A stretch of DNA of 64,000 nt from positions 4,378 to 68,377 of the forward strand of contig CAMBDK010000001.1 of assembly GCA_945865315.1 (NCBI GenBank), given 5' to 3'. This document shows, piece after piece, positions 39,951 to 50,042 of the stretch. A program made the translations under genes and the position numbers. The DNA is from Chitinophaga pinensis (GTDB taxonomy: Bacteria; Bacteroidota; Bacteroidia; 2-12-FULL-35-15). How positions within the stretch are numbered: position 1 is the first letter of the stretch; each line of letters starts with the position of its first letter. A model generated the notes under the pieces. It was not told the DNA's origin. It did not search any database and saw only the letters and a list, made by a program, of their open reading frames with translations.

Positions 39951-40163
39951 TTGAATCATAATTTAAAAAGTATAATTATGAATATGACGGATGTTTTTAA
40001 TGGAATTGGAAATTGTTTTCAATGGGGATTTACTTTTATGAAAAGTATAGGAAATGGCCCAAATTTATTTTTTTGGTTAATAATAGTCGTTTTACTTATT
40101 ATTTGGTTGCGCATGCAAACTAAATTTAATGCTGAAGCCAAGGAAAAAAACACATTACAATAA
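39951..40163 (+). CDS. Small hypothetical membrane protein (doubtful)
   Basis: 70-aa ORF with one hydrophobic helix, isolated in an intergenic gap. No other support. Confidence 0.2.
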   Translation: MNHNLKSIIMNMTDVFNGIGNCFQWGFTFMKSIGNGPNLFFWLIIVVLLIIWLRMQTKFNAEAKEKNTLQ

Positions 40164-40371
40164 ATCTACTTTTAATTATCCTATGCTCTTATCGTAGATT
40201 TTTTTAAAAAAACAATACGATTAAGGCTCGCAATTAAAACCCTTGTTGCACTTTATTCTTTGATGATGATAACAGCTTGATGTAAGTTTTTTTTAATCGT
40301 TCACAAATTCTTATACCACTATTATATTAATGGATTTCTGCCTATACTTTTTGGCACATACCTCTCTCTTT

Positions 40372-41256
40372 CTATAAATTAATTACTTCAATAGTAGTAT
40401 TTATTTTCTTAACTAAGCCTTGCAATACTTTTCCTGGACCCAATTCCGTGAAGGAGGAAGCGCCATCAGAAATCATTTGTTGAATAGTTTGTGTCCATTT
40501 AACCGGAGCCGTAAGTTGTGCTATCAAGTTTTTCTTTATTTCTGAAGGCATAGAGACAGCATTTGCCGTAACATTTTGATAGATAGGGCAAATAGGTTGG
40601 TAGAAGTTGGTGCTATTAATTGCAGCCTCTAATTCAATGCTGGCAGGTTCCATTAATGGAGAATGGAAGGCTCCTCCTACAGGTAATATTAAGGTTCGTT
40701 TTGCACCAGCAGATTTTAATTTTTCACAGGCGATGTTTATTCCATTAATAGTTCCAGAAATTACTAATTGCCCCTGACAATTATAATTTGCAGGAACTAC
40801 GATATCACCTAATTGAGTGATTTCTGAACAAATAGTTTCAATAATATTATCCTCGAGATTTGTAATGGCTGCCATGGTTGATGGAATAATTTCGCAAGCT
40901 TTTTGCATTGCCATTGCACGTTTCGACACCAATATCAAGGCGTCTTCAAATAATAAAGATTTATTTACCACCAATGCCGAGAACTCACCTAAGCTATGAC
41001 CTGCAACCATTTCTGGGTTTATTTTATCCCCCATCGTAATTGCTGAAATTACAGAATGTAAAAAAATTGCCGGCTGTGTAACTTTAGTTTGTTTTAGCTC
41101 ATCTTCTGTTCCAGTGAACATAATATCTGTTATTCTGAACCCTAGAATAGCGTTGGCTTTTTCAAATAATTCTTTTGCAATTGAAGATGTTTCGTATAGG
41201 TCTTTACCCATACCAACAAACTGTGAGCCTTGCCCTGGAAAAATGTATGCTTTCAT
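40372..41256 (-). CDS. fabD: Malonyl CoA-acyl carrier protein transacylase
   Basis: FPGQGSQFVGMGKDL and GHSLGEFSALV (active-site Ser) motifs, about 294 aa. Confidence 0.85.
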   Translation of the reverse strand: MKAYIFPGQGSQFVGMGKDLYETSSIAKELFEKANAILGFRITDIMFTGTEDELKQTKVTQPAIFLHSVISAITMGDKINPEMVAGHSLGEFSALVVNKSLLFEDALILVSKRAMAMQKACEIIPSTMAAITNLEDNIIETICSEITQLGDIVVPANYNCQGQLVISGTINGINIACEKLKSAGAKRTLILPVGGAFHSPLMEPASIELEAAINSTNFYQPICPIYQNVTANAVSMPSEIKKNLIAQLTAPVKWTQTIQQMISDGASSFTELGPGKVLQGLVKKINTTIEVINL

Positions 41257-41407
41257 TTATAATGATTTAAATTTTACGAAGCTTTTAAAGCCTTGTTAAG
41301 ATTGGTTTTTATATTTATCAATTATTAATGCTGTTTTGTAAATCTCTGATTATTTATATGATTTTTAGGCGAATCTTTTTTTATTTCTCAGTTGAAATTA
41401 ATTTAAT

Positions 41408-41442
41408 AAAAAAGAGTTCTGATGTTTACCAGAACTCTTTAA
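41408..41442 (-). terminator. Rho-independent terminator downstream of the BI-1 family gene
   Basis: On the minus strand AAAGAGTTCTGGTAAACATCAGAACTCTTTTTTATT: 9-bp stem followed by a T-run. Confidence 0.6.
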
Positions 41443-41462
41443 TCAATTTAAATATATTTTAA

Positions 41463-42185
41463 TTATTTTTTGTCGCCAAACAAACGAAGTAACATTATAA
41501 ATAAGTTAATGAAATCCATATATAAATTTAAGGCACCCATAATTACTAATTTACTAGTTGCGGCTGTTCCAAATTCTACACCAGCACCTATGTTTTTTAA
41601 TTTTTGAACGTCATAGGCCGTTAGTCCAGTAAATACAAGTACTCCTACGAAACTAATTATATATTCCATGGTGCCACTATGCATAAACATGTTAATTAAA
41701 CTTGCAATAACAATACCTACTAGTCCCATCATCATGATGGAACCAAATTTTGTTAAATCGGTGTTAGTAGTGTAGCCAACAACAGACATTACGCCAAACA
41801 TTGCAGAAGCTGCAATGAATGTTGAGAATATTGAACCTGCGGTATAAGTAAGAAAAATAAAGCTTAAGCTCATCCCCATGACGGCAGCAAACAATAAAAA
41901 CAAAAATAATAACACAGGATATGAAATGCGGTTCATCCCGAAAGTCATTATTAGCACGAAGGCAAATGGAGAAAAAATTACACCATAACCTAATGCTGTT
42001 AAACCACCCACTTCTGGATTAATTAAATAGGATATTAATTCAGAACTATTGCCAAAATAAAATGCAACTATTGAAGTAATCGCTAATGCTGCAAACATCC
42101 AAGAGAATACACTCGACATAAATGTTTTCGATAATGTATTTGCCTCTTCTTTGGATTGAACGTAATTGAAGTTTTTAATTTCCAT
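41463..42185 (-). CDS. Bax inhibitor-1/YccA family membrane protein
   Basis: 240 aa with 7 TM helices. N-terminal ..TFMSSVFSWMFAALAIT.. and C-terminal charged tail are typical of the BI-1/YccA family. Confidence 0.65.
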   Translation of the reverse strand: MEIKNFNYVQSKEEANTLSKTFMSSVFSWMFAALAITSIVAFYFGNSSELISYLINPEVGGLTALGYGVIFSPFAFVLIMTFGMNRISYPVLLFLFLLFAAVMGMSLSFIFLTYTAGSIFSTFIAASAMFGVMSVVGYTTNTDLTKFGSIMMMGLVGIVIASLINMFMHSGTMEYIISFVGVLVFTGLTAYDVQKLKNIGAGVEFGTAATSKLVIMGALNLYMDFINLFIMLLRLFGDKK

Positions 42186-42534
42186 GATTTTTTTTTTATG
42201 TTTGGTATTTAAAGCTACAAATATAATACCAATTATGCTTAATTGGCAATAAATTTATTTATGGGACATTTTGGCAATAAAAATACGAATAAAAATTAAT
42301 GTTTGAATTTACAGGTCATAAAAAAATATTATTAAACTTTGTAATATTTTGTTTTTTTTGAAATATTTTCCGACGAAAAAAACACTATGTTTATTAATTG
42401 CTGATTTTAAAATGTGGTAAAGACAAATTACTGAAAAATAAGTTTTTTGATTTGTGGATTAAAAAAGAAATAAAGAATGGTTTATAAAAAGTGAAAAAAT
42501 AGCAGCCTATAAAATTATTTTCATAAAAGTAATA

Positions 42535-43158
42535 TTAATGAAGCTTCGTTCCAATTAAGCTAATAAATTCCGCTCGAGTAGTCTCTTTTAAAAATTCACC
42601 CGTAAATGCAGATGTGGTAGTTACCGAATTCTGTTTTTGGATACCTCTCATTTGCATGCATAAATGCGAACATTCAATTACAACGGCAACGCCAAGTGGT
42701 TTTAAGGTATCTTCAATACAATCCCTTATTTCTGTTGTTAATCTTTCTTGAACTTGGAGCCTTCTTGCAAAAGCATCTATAACTCTAGGGATTTTACTTA
42801 AGCCAACAATGTATCCATTTGGTATATATGCTACATGGGCCTTACCAAAAAACGGGAGTAAATGGTGTTCGCACATGGAATAAATTTCAATGTTTTTTAC
42901 TAGTACCATTTGTTTATAATCTTCTTTGAACCGGGCTGATTTTAATATTTCTGTTGGATTGAGCTTGTATCCATGAGTAAGAAATTTCATTGCTTTTGCA
43001 ACACGTTCAGGGGTTTTTAAAAGTCCTTCTCTATGAGGGTCTTCACCAATTTCACTTAAAATACTTTTATATTTAGAAGCTAAACCTCCAATTGATTGTT
43101 CATTGTAAATATCAATTTTATTATAGCCTGTTAAATCGTCAAATTCGTCGTGGGACAT
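42535..43158 (-). CDS. folE: GTP cyclohydrolase I
   Basis: [40 protein letters not shown] motifs are diagnostic for FolE type I. Confidence 0.85.
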   Translation of the reverse strand: MSHDEFDDLTGYNKIDIYNEQSIGGLASKYKSILSEIGEDPHREGLLKTPERVAKAMKFLTHGYKLNPTEILKSARFKEDYKQMVLVKNIEIYSMCEHHLLPFFGKAHVAYIPNGYIVGLSKIPRVIDAFARRLQVQERLTTEIRDCIEDTLKPLGVAVVIECSHLCMQMRGIQKQNSVTTTSAFTGEFLKETTRAEFISLIGTKLH

Positions 43159-43249
43159 TTCGTTTTATTTATTTTTAATAGTAACAAGTTATATTCCTAT
43201 TATTATTAAACCAACTTATTATTAAAAAGATTATCTAAAAATCAATATT

Positions 43250-43441
43250 AGTCATTGTTACAAAATAACTAATAAATTTCGGCTTGTTTTTTTGCTTTCT
43301 TTCGTCTTGTAAAATCGTTTAATAGGTAAGGGTAATCGCCTGTAAACTCTGTTGCTCATCTAGCCACTGGCTGGCTGCTGTGACTTGAAAAGAATAAAAT
43401 TACTTCACCAATTCTGTGATATTTATTTCTTAACAATGCCT
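43250..43441 (-). repeat. TIR-bounded ~192-bp intergenic element, copy 2 (MITE-like or structured ncRNA)
   Basis: Aligns end to end with 19103..19300 (GTCATTGTTACAAAATAACTAATAAATTTCGGCTTGT.. to ..CTTGAAAAGAATAAAATTACTTCACCAATTC..ATTTATTTCTTAACAATGCCT). Imperfect TIR, and an internal AGCCA-C-TGGCT hairpin at the position equivalent to copy 1. It lies between queD and folE. Confidence 0.6.
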
Positions 43442-43450
43442 CAGATGTGG

Positions 43451-43864
43451 TTATTCTCCAAAATATTCCACATAATTGTTTTCAGTTTCACATAGTTTAA
43501 TGCAATGCAGTTCGCAATTTAATAATTTAAGATGAGGTGTTAATTCTTTCCAAATAGCAATCGCAACATTTTCAGTAGACGGCATCAGGTCTTTTAAAAA
43601 ATCGACATCCATGTTCAAATTTTTATGATCTAATTTATCCGTGATAAAAGTTCTTATAATACTACTTAGTTCTTTTAAATTAACAGAAAATCCTGTATCC
43701 GGATTTACTTTTCCTTTAACAGTAACAAACAAATTATAATTATGTCCATGCCAATTAGGATTGGCACATTTACCAAACACTTCATTGTTTTGGTCCTCCG
43801 TCCAATTTGGATTATACAATTTATGGGCGGCATTAAAATGTTCTCTTCGGGTAATGTGAATCAT
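43451..43864 (-). CDS. queD: 6-carboxy-5,6,7,8-tetrahydropterin synthase / 6-pyruvoyl-tetrahydropterin synthase family
   Basis: HFNAAHKL..CANPNWHGHNY (C-x5-HGH zinc motif), about 137 aa, directly upstream of folE on the same strand. Confidence 0.75.
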   Translation of the reverse strand: MIHITRREHFNAAHKLYNPNWTEDQNNEVFGKCANPNWHGHNYNLFVTVKGKVNPDTGFSVNLKELSSIIRTFITDKLDHKNLNMDVDFLKDLMPSTENVAIAIWKELTPHLKLLNCELHCIKLCETENNYVEYFGE

Positions 43865-44123
43865 GTTGCAAATATACTAGGAATTATGATACTTTTTAAT
43901 CAAGATTTCAGCTATTTTTCTTTCAATTTTAATATTGTAATAAAAACATTTAATTGATTTTTGTATTTTTAGTACCTCAATAAGTATATTTGTTAAATTT
44001 ACCTTGTCATCTTTGCATCTCAAACTAGGCGTTAAAAAATTATTGGTTTTTTAACGCATTATTTTAATTTTATAAAATAATGTTTAGAATAATAAAAGGT
44101 TTGAAAAATATTTTTCTATTTAA

Positions 44124-45632
44124 TTGAATTTAATTTATTTTTTTATGAAAAAAATATTAGTTGCAAATCGAGGAGAAATAGCATTGCGTATCATGCGTTC
44201 TTGTCGAGAAATGGGTATAAAAACTGTTGCAATTTATTCTGAAGCTGACAGGAATGCGCCCTTTGTAAAATATGCTGATGAAGCTATTTGTATTGGTCCT
44301 CCGCCATCCAGTCAGTCCTATTTGTTGGGAAATAAAATTATAGAAATTGCAAAAGGATTGGGAGTTGACGGCATTCATCCTGGCTATGGTTTTTTATCGG
44401 AAAATGCAGCATTCGCAGCAGCTGTAAAGGTTGCTGGCATTATATTTATAGGGCCTTCACCAGAAGCCATGAATATTATGGGAGATAAGTTGTCGGCGAA
44501 AGCAGCAGCTAAAAAGTATAACATCCCTATGGTTCCTGGTTCTGATGGCGCCATAGTTAACATAGAAGAAGGAAAGAAAACGGCGATATTAACAGGTTTC
44601 CCACTTTTAATAAAGGCTAGTGCAGGAGGAGGGGGTAAGGGGATGCGTGTTGTAGAGCATATTGGTGAATTTGAAGAGCAAATGAAACTGGCTGTTAGCG
44701 AGGCTATTTCGTCATTTGGAAATGGAGCAGTATTTATAGAACGTTACGTTGCCAGTCCTCGCCATATTGAAATTCAAATTTTGGGTGATTCGCATGGTAA
44801 TATTGTTTATTTGTTTGAAAGAGAATGTTCCATTCAAAGAAGACATCAAAAGGTTATTGAGGAAGCGCCATCATCGGTATTAAGCCCTGAAATTAGGAAA
44901 GCAATGGGGGAGTGCGCTGTTAACGTAGGCAAAGCAGTTAATTATGAGGGGGCAGGAACAGTTGAGTTTTTATTTGACGAAAATAATAATTTTTATTTTC
45001 TGGAAATGAACACGCGTTTGCAGGTAGAGCATCCGGTAACTGAAATGATTACAGGCATTGATTTGGTGAAAGAACAAATAAAAGTGGCACGTGGCGAAAA
45101 GCTTTCTTTTTCGCAGCAAGATTTAAAAATTCAAGGTCATAGCTTAGAGGTGCGTATTTATGCTGAAGACCCCTGCAATAATTTTTTACCTGATATTGGT
45201 AAATTAATTTCTTATAAACGTCCTCAAGGATTTGGGGTTCGAGTAGATGATGGTTTTGAGGAAGGGATGGAAATCCCCATTTATTATGACCCTATGATTT
45301 CCAAACTTATAACTTTTGGAAAGGATAGAGAGGAAGCAATAACTCGTATGTTACGTGCTATTGATGATTATCAGATTGTGGGAGTAAAAACTACCTTGAG
45401 TTTTTGCAAGTTTGTTTTGAAATCAGAGGCCTTTACCTCTGGTAAATTCGACACCCATTTTATAAAAAATCATTTTTCACCTGAAATGTTACTTAATGAA
45501 AAAGAGGATGAAGCAATAGTTGCGGCATTATTTGGTGCTAAATTAATGAACGAAAAAGAAGCTACTTCAAAAATTAAAAACACTGAATCGGAAGTTTTAT
45601 TGTCGAAATGGAAGCAAAATCGTAATAATTAA
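44124..45632 (+). CDS. accC: Acetyl-CoA carboxylase biotin carboxylase subunit
   Basis: MKKILVANRGEIALRI..ATP-grasp motifs..EMNTRLQVEHPVTE. The real start is probably the ATG at 44145 (MKKILVANRG). Confidence 0.85.
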   Translation: MNLIYFFMKKILVANRGEIALRIMRSCREMGIKTVAIYSEADRNAPFVKYADEAICIGPPPSSQSYLLGNKIIEIAKGLGVDGIHPGYGFLSENAAFAAAVKVAGIIFIGPSPEAMNIMGDKLSAKAAAKKYNIPMVPGSDGAIVNIEEGKKTAILTGFPLLIKASAGGGGKGMRVVEHIGEFEEQMKLAVSEAISSFGNGAVFIERYVASPRHIEIQILGDSHGNIVYLFERECSIQRRHQKVIEEAPSSVLSPEIRKAMGECAVNVGKAVNYEGAGTVEFLFDENNNFYFLEMNTRLQVEHPVTEMITGIDLVKEQIKVARGEKLSFSQQDLKIQGHSLEVRIYAEDPCNNFLPDIGKLISYKRPQGFGVRVDDGFEEGMEIPIYYDPMISKLITFGKDREEAITRMLRAIDDYQIVGVKTTLSFCKFVLKSEAFTSGKFDTHFIKNHFSPEMLLNEKEDEAIVAALFGAKLMNEKEATSKIKNTESEVLLSKWKQNRNN

Positions 45633-45676
45633 TACAACTATTTTTATTTTTAGCAATCTATTTCCTTGAAAATGTT

Positions 45677-46372
45677 GTGCAAATATTTTTTTCTTATTGT
45701 AGTTTAATAATTCGGTACAGGATTTGTTTTAGCAGCCTTATGGCAAAAATAAAAATATTGTTTTCTTTTTTTTTACCCATATTTTGTTTGGCACAAAATA
45801 ATGTTTCTCCTGTTAAAGCACCATTGGGTAATAATTATAAAGGACTTCAATTGCCTGAAAAAGCAATTGAGGTTCAAGCTACTATTTATAATGGGGACAC
45901 AATACCTTATGTAATATTGCCAAGCATTGAATTTTATGTCCCTCGTTTTTTCAAAAACAAAAAAGATGCTGAAAAATGGAACAGATTGAAATTTAATGTC
46001 AGAAAAGTATATCCATATGCTATTTTAGCTGCCGCTAGGCTTAAAGAATACGAAAAAGTGATGTCAAAAATATCAAATGAAAATGAGAAAAAAAAATACA
46101 TGAAGCTTGCTGAAAAAAAATTAAAAGATGAATTTGGCAATGAATTGAAAAATTTGACCATGACGCAGGGCCGTATTTTAATAAAACTTATTGACCGAGA
46201 AACAGGTAAAACTGCGTTTAAAATTGTAAAAGAAATGCGTGGGACCTTTTCCGCCTTTATGTGGCAAAGTTTAGCTGTTTTGTTTAGCTCAAACCTTAAA
46301 GATCAGTACGATCCAAATTCTGAGGACAAAGCCATTGAGCAGGCAATAAAATTAATAGAAGATTTACAATAA
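45677..46372 (+). CDS. DUF4294-like secreted hypothetical protein
   Basis: Signal peptide (start probably the Met at 45740, MAKIKILFSFFLPIFCLAQ). Pattern ..IPYVILPSIEFYVPR..NVRKVYPYA.. is typical of the Bacteroidota DUF4294 family. Confidence 0.45.
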   Translation: MQIFFSYCSLIIRYRICFSSLMAKIKILFSFFLPIFCLAQNNVSPVKAPLGNNYKGLQLPEKAIEVQATIYNGDTIPYVILPSIEFYVPRFFKNKKDAEKWNRLKFNVRKVYPYAILAAARLKEYEKVMSKISNENEKKKYMKLAEKKLKDEFGNELKNLTMTQGRILIKLIDRETGKTAFKIVKEMRGTFSAFMWQSLAVLFSSNLKDQYDPNSEDKAIEQAIKLIEDLQ

Positions 46373-46496
46373 AATAAGCGGCATAAATTTTTATTGCCAG
46401 GTTATTAAAATTAATTGCAAACAATTTTTAAAGACTCTTGTAAATGATGGCATTTTAAATATAATTGTAAGTACATTTGTAAGCTAATCTAATAGC

Positions 46497-46538
46497 TAAT
46501 TATTAATTATTAATTATTAATTATTAATTATTAATTTA
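46497..46538. repeat. Heptanucleotide microsatellite (TAATTAT)x5 plus one degenerate unit (TAATTTA)
   Basis: Read directly from sequence: TAATTAT TAATTAT TAATTAT TAATTAT TAATTAT TAATTTA. It lies 65-106 bp upstream of the likely start (46603) of the first of two paralogous genes. Confidence 0.9.
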
Positions 46539-46602
46539 TGTTTAATTAAAGCTATCCTTGGTATTTGATGTTATATTTATTTTAAGAGTAAATTATCGAA
46601 AA

Positions 46603-47469
46603 ATGAAATTTAAAAAAATAAATTTAAAAGTATATTTTGCAATAACAGTTGGTTTTTTTCTGTTTACTTCCTTTAGTTATAAATACCAAAGTTTAGAAAA
46701 TAACTCTCGGGAAATATTGCTTGGTGTTTTGGAGTCTATTTCAAAAATTAAAACGATGCGTTACCATCTTCTTTGTAATGAAAGAATAAATGGTAAAATA
46801 CAGCAAACAGAGTCAAAGGTAAAGTTGCAAATATCGCCCAGGAAATTATATTTATCTTTAAAAGGCCCTGAGTTATTGTGGTTAGAAGGTCAAAATGATG
46901 GAGATGCCTTGATAAATCCGGGAGCTTTTCCATATATTAATCTTAACCTAGATCCATTTGGTTCATTTATGCGAAAGGGGCAGCACCATACAATTCATGA
47001 AATGGGTTTGAAATATCTTTCTCTTATTTTGAATGCAGCCATTAAACGAGCAGGCGATAGTTTTGAGAAGAATTTTGTTGTTGTTGGGGAAGAAAAATAC
47101 TATGGACGAGATTGTTATAAACTTTCTATTGCTTTTCCCGATTTTGTATGGAAATCATATACAGTAAAGAAAGGTGAAGACCTTATATCAATTGCTAGAA
47201 AGCTATTTGTAAGCGAATACATGATATTGGAAAGAAACCCCAAACTAAGCTGGTACGATGATGTAAAAGAAGGGCAAATTATACAAGTGCCAGATGCATA
47301 TGCAAAACTAACTGTGCTCTTAATAGATAAGAAAATTTTATTGCCTGTTAAAAATGAAATATTTGATGATAAGGGACTTTTCGAAGCTTACGAATTTTAT
47401 GATTTAGATGTAAATTTGCCAATAGCAGCCGAAGAATTTACTGAAAATTATAAAGATTATAATTTTTGA
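46603..47469 (+). CDS. Hypothetical secreted protein with LysM-like motif, paralog A
   Basis: Signal peptide MKFKKINLKVYFAITVGFFLF. Shares ..SPRKLY(L/I)S(L/M)K..LW(L/I)EG(Q/K)N.G.ALINP..FPYINLNLDP.G..MRK.QHHTIHE.G..Y..CYKLS..FPDF.W..YTVKK.E..ISIA.K..VSE.MILE..VKEG....VP..YAKL..IDK...LP...EIFDDKGLFE.YEFY.L.VN....AEEFTE.YKDY.F with the next gene. YTVKKGEDLISIARKLFVSEYMILERNP resembles a LysM fold. The ORF track starts at 46558. Confidence 0.45.
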   Translation: MKFKKINLKVYFAITVGFFLFTSFSYKYQSLENNSREILLGVLESISKIKTMRYHLLCNERINGKIQQTESKVKLQISPRKLYLSLKGPELLWLEGQNDGDALINPGAFPYINLNLDPFGSFMRKGQHHTIHEMGLKYLSLILNAAIKRAGDSFEKNFVVVGEEKYYGRDCYKLSIAFPDFVWKSYTVKKGEDLISIARKLFVSEYMILERNPKLSWYDDVKEGQIIQVPDAYAKLTVLLIDKKILLPVKNEIFDDKGLFEAYEFYDLDVNLPIAAEEFTENYKDYNF

Positions 47470-47514
47470 TAAGCCTAAAGTGCATTATTCAAAAGTAACA
47501 AGCATTTTATATAT

Positions 47515-48384
47515 ATGATGAAATTAAAATTATACTTTTTGGTTAGAGGTGTTATATTGTTGATCGTTTGTTTGTTAATGGGCTCCTTTGGTAGCAAACA
47601 ACCGATAATAAAATATGATAGTCCCTCCATGTTAAATGAGATTATAAAATCAATAGCCAATGTAAAAACCCTTCGTTATGATTTAACACGCAACGAGCGA
47701 GTAAATGATAAAATACTCCTCTCAGAATCCAAGATTAAACTCAATGTTTCGCCACGTAAATTATATATTTCTATGAAAACTCAGGAAGTATTATGGATAG
47801 AAGGTAAAAACAATGGTAACGCCTTGATTAATCCTTTCACTTTTCCATACATTAACCTGAATTTGGATCCGATGGGAGCATTAATGCGCAAAAACCAGCA
47901 CCACACTATTCATGAGTTAGGAATGGAATACATTGCCGAAATTATAAAAAATGGAATGAAACATTATGGTGCTATGCTTTACAAACATTTTGTTATAATG
48001 GGGGAAGAAAAACATTTTGGAAGAAATTGCTATAAACTTTCGGCCACCTTTCCTGATTTTAAATGGTTGCCTTATACAGTTAAAAAGAACGAAACAATAA
48101 TTAGCATTGCCAATAAATTTAGTGTGAGCGAATTTATGATTTTAGAAAAAAAACAAGGAGCAACAGATTATAAGGACGTTAAAGAAGGAGAAGTCATACT
48201 TGTGCCGAATGTATATGCCAAATTGTTTTTTGTAATGATAGATAAGGAAAAGATGTTGCCGATAAGCGTGGAGATATTTGATGATAAAGGATTATTTGAA
48301 TCCTACGAATTTTATAATTTACAAGTAAATTCAACCATTTTGGCAGAGGAATTTACTGAAGATTACAAGGATTACCATTTTTAA
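47515..48384 (+). CDS. Hypothetical secreted protein with LysM-like motif, paralog B
   Basis: Tandem paralog of 46603..47469, collinear along its full length. Signal peptide MMKLKLYFLVRGVILLIVCLLMGSFG. Confidence 0.45.
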   Translation: MMKLKLYFLVRGVILLIVCLLMGSFGSKQPIIKYDSPSMLNEIIKSIANVKTLRYDLTRNERVNDKILLSESKIKLNVSPRKLYISMKTQEVLWIEGKNNGNALINPFTFPYINLNLDPMGALMRKNQHHTIHELGMEYIAEIIKNGMKHYGAMLYKHFVIMGEEKHFGRNCYKLSATFPDFKWLPYTVKKNETIISIANKFSVSEFMILEKKQGATDYKDVKEGEVILVPNVYAKLFFVMIDKEKMLPISVEIFDDKGLFESYEFYNLQVNSTILAEEFTEDYKDYHF

Positions 48385-48475
48385 GGATAAAGATCCTATT
48401 TTTTAAAATAAAGAATAAATTTCGATAAAAAAATAATTAAATTATATACACAAATCATGAAAACATTTTCAATAT

Positions 48476-49975
48476 TTGTGTTATATTTGTAATAGAATAA
48501 TTTTAACATATACACTTATGTTAAGGCAGATACAATCACAAAAATTACTTCAAAAACTTTCGCCCCAGCAAATTCAATTAATGAAATTGTTGCAGTTGCC
48601 AACTATTGCCCTTGAGCAACGAATAAAAGAGGAGATGGAAATTAACCCAGCTTTAGAGGAGGGATCAGAAGAGGAAGATGAAATTAATACTGATTTTGAG
48701 GAAGAAAATTATGATGATTTATCCAAAAATGATGAAAATCAGCGCAATGATTTTAGTATAAGTGATTACATGGATGAAGACGAAGGCGTTTCCTATAAGC
48801 TAAAAGTGAATAATACAAGCGCTGAAGAAGAACGAAAAGAAATTCCTTTTTCTGTAGGTGTTACATTTCAGGATATGCTTGATAGTCAGCTTGGTTTAAA
48901 AGAGCTTAACGACCATCAATATCAAATAGCTAATTATTTAATTGGTAACTTAGATGATGATGGATATTTGCGCAGAGAGTTAAATTCCATCATTGACGAT
49001 ATAGCATTTTCACAAAATATAATAACAACTGAAAAAGAATTAAATGATTTACTAAAGGTAATTCAAGAGTTTGACCCTGCCGGTGTTGGTGCCCGTGATT
49101 TACGTGAATGTTTGCTGATACAATTACAGCGCAAAAAACCTTATACTAAAATTATTGAGCTAGCTATTAAAGTTGTAAACGAACAAATGGAGGAGTTCTC
49201 AAAAAAACATTTTGATAAAATTTTAAAAAATCTTGACATAGACGATGATTTGCTTAAGGAGGTAATTCAAGAAATTTTGAAACTGAATCCTCGCCCTGGA
49301 AATTCTATGTCCGATGGTCAAAAAAGCCATCAGCAAATAATAGCAGATTTTACTATTACCAATGAAGATGGTGAACTTTTGCTAGTTTTAAACTCACGCA
49401 ACGCTCCCGATTTGAGGGTTAACAAGCAATACAGTCAAATGTTGGGTGAGTATTCAAAAGAAAAAAACAAAAATACCAAAGAAGCCTCTGTTTTCGTAAA
49501 ACAAAAATTAGATGGTGCGAAATGGTTTATAGATGCAATACAGCAAAGGAGCCAAACATTGCTATATACGATGAATGCCATAATGGAATACCAGCGCAAT
49601 TATTTTTTAGAAGGAGATGAAACATTATTAAAACCAATGATATTAAAGGACATTGCTGAAAGGGTAGGGCTAGATATTTCTACTGTTTCGCGGGTGGCGA
49701 ACAGTAAATATGTTCAAACTTCTTTTGGTACATTTTTATTGAAATCATTTTTTAGTGAATCCCTTTCTACTGATAGCGGTGAGGAAGTATCCACCAGGGA
49801 AGTAAAAAAAATATTAAAAGATTGCATTGATGCCGAAGGAAAAAAGAAACCATTGACAGATGATAAGCTCACCAAAATATTAAAGGAGAAAGGTTATAAC
49901 ATTGCCCGCAGAACAATAGCAAAATATCGTGAACAGCTAGATATACCAGTAGCCCGTTTAAGAAAAGAGTTGTAA
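48476..49975 (+). CDS. rpoN: RNA polymerase sigma-54 factor
   Basis: N-terminal region I (LRQIQSQKLLQKLSPQQIQLMKLLQLP), acidic region II, core-binding region, and C-terminal HTH plus RpoN box (ARRTIAKYREQLDIP). The real start is probably the Met at 48518. Confidence 0.85.
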   Translation: MCYICNRIILTYTLMLRQIQSQKLLQKLSPQQIQLMKLLQLPTIALEQRIKEEMEINPALEEGSEEEDEINTDFEEENYDDLSKNDENQRNDFSISDYMDEDEGVSYKLKVNNTSAEEERKEIPFSVGVTFQDMLDSQLGLKELNDHQYQIANYLIGNLDDDGYLRRELNSIIDDIAFSQNIITTEKELNDLLKVIQEFDPAGVGARDLRECLLIQLQRKKPYTKIIELAIKVVNEQMEEFSKKHFDKILKNLDIDDDLLKEVIQEILKLNPRPGNSMSDGQKSHQQIIADFTITNEDGELLLVLNSRNAPDLRVNKQYSQMLGEYSKEKNKNTKEASVFVKQKLDGAKWFIDAIQQRSQTLLYTMNAIMEYQRNYFLEGDETLLKPMILKDIAERVGLDISTVSRVANSKYVQTSFGTFLLKSFFSESLSTDSGEEVSTREVKKILKDCIDAEGKKKPLTDDKLTKILKEKGYNIARRTIAKYREQLDIPVARLRKEL

Positions 49976-50042
49976 TTATTAGCTTTAAGCTATGTGATAT
50001 TTTATAAAAAAATCAATAAATTTCCTAACAATAAAATAAAGT

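Noticed and set aside
39951-40163. 70-aa ORF as a real small protein gene
   Set aside because: It is kept only as a very low-confidence feature: single hydrophobic segment, no ribosome-binding context discernible in this clade, and no conservation evidence available.
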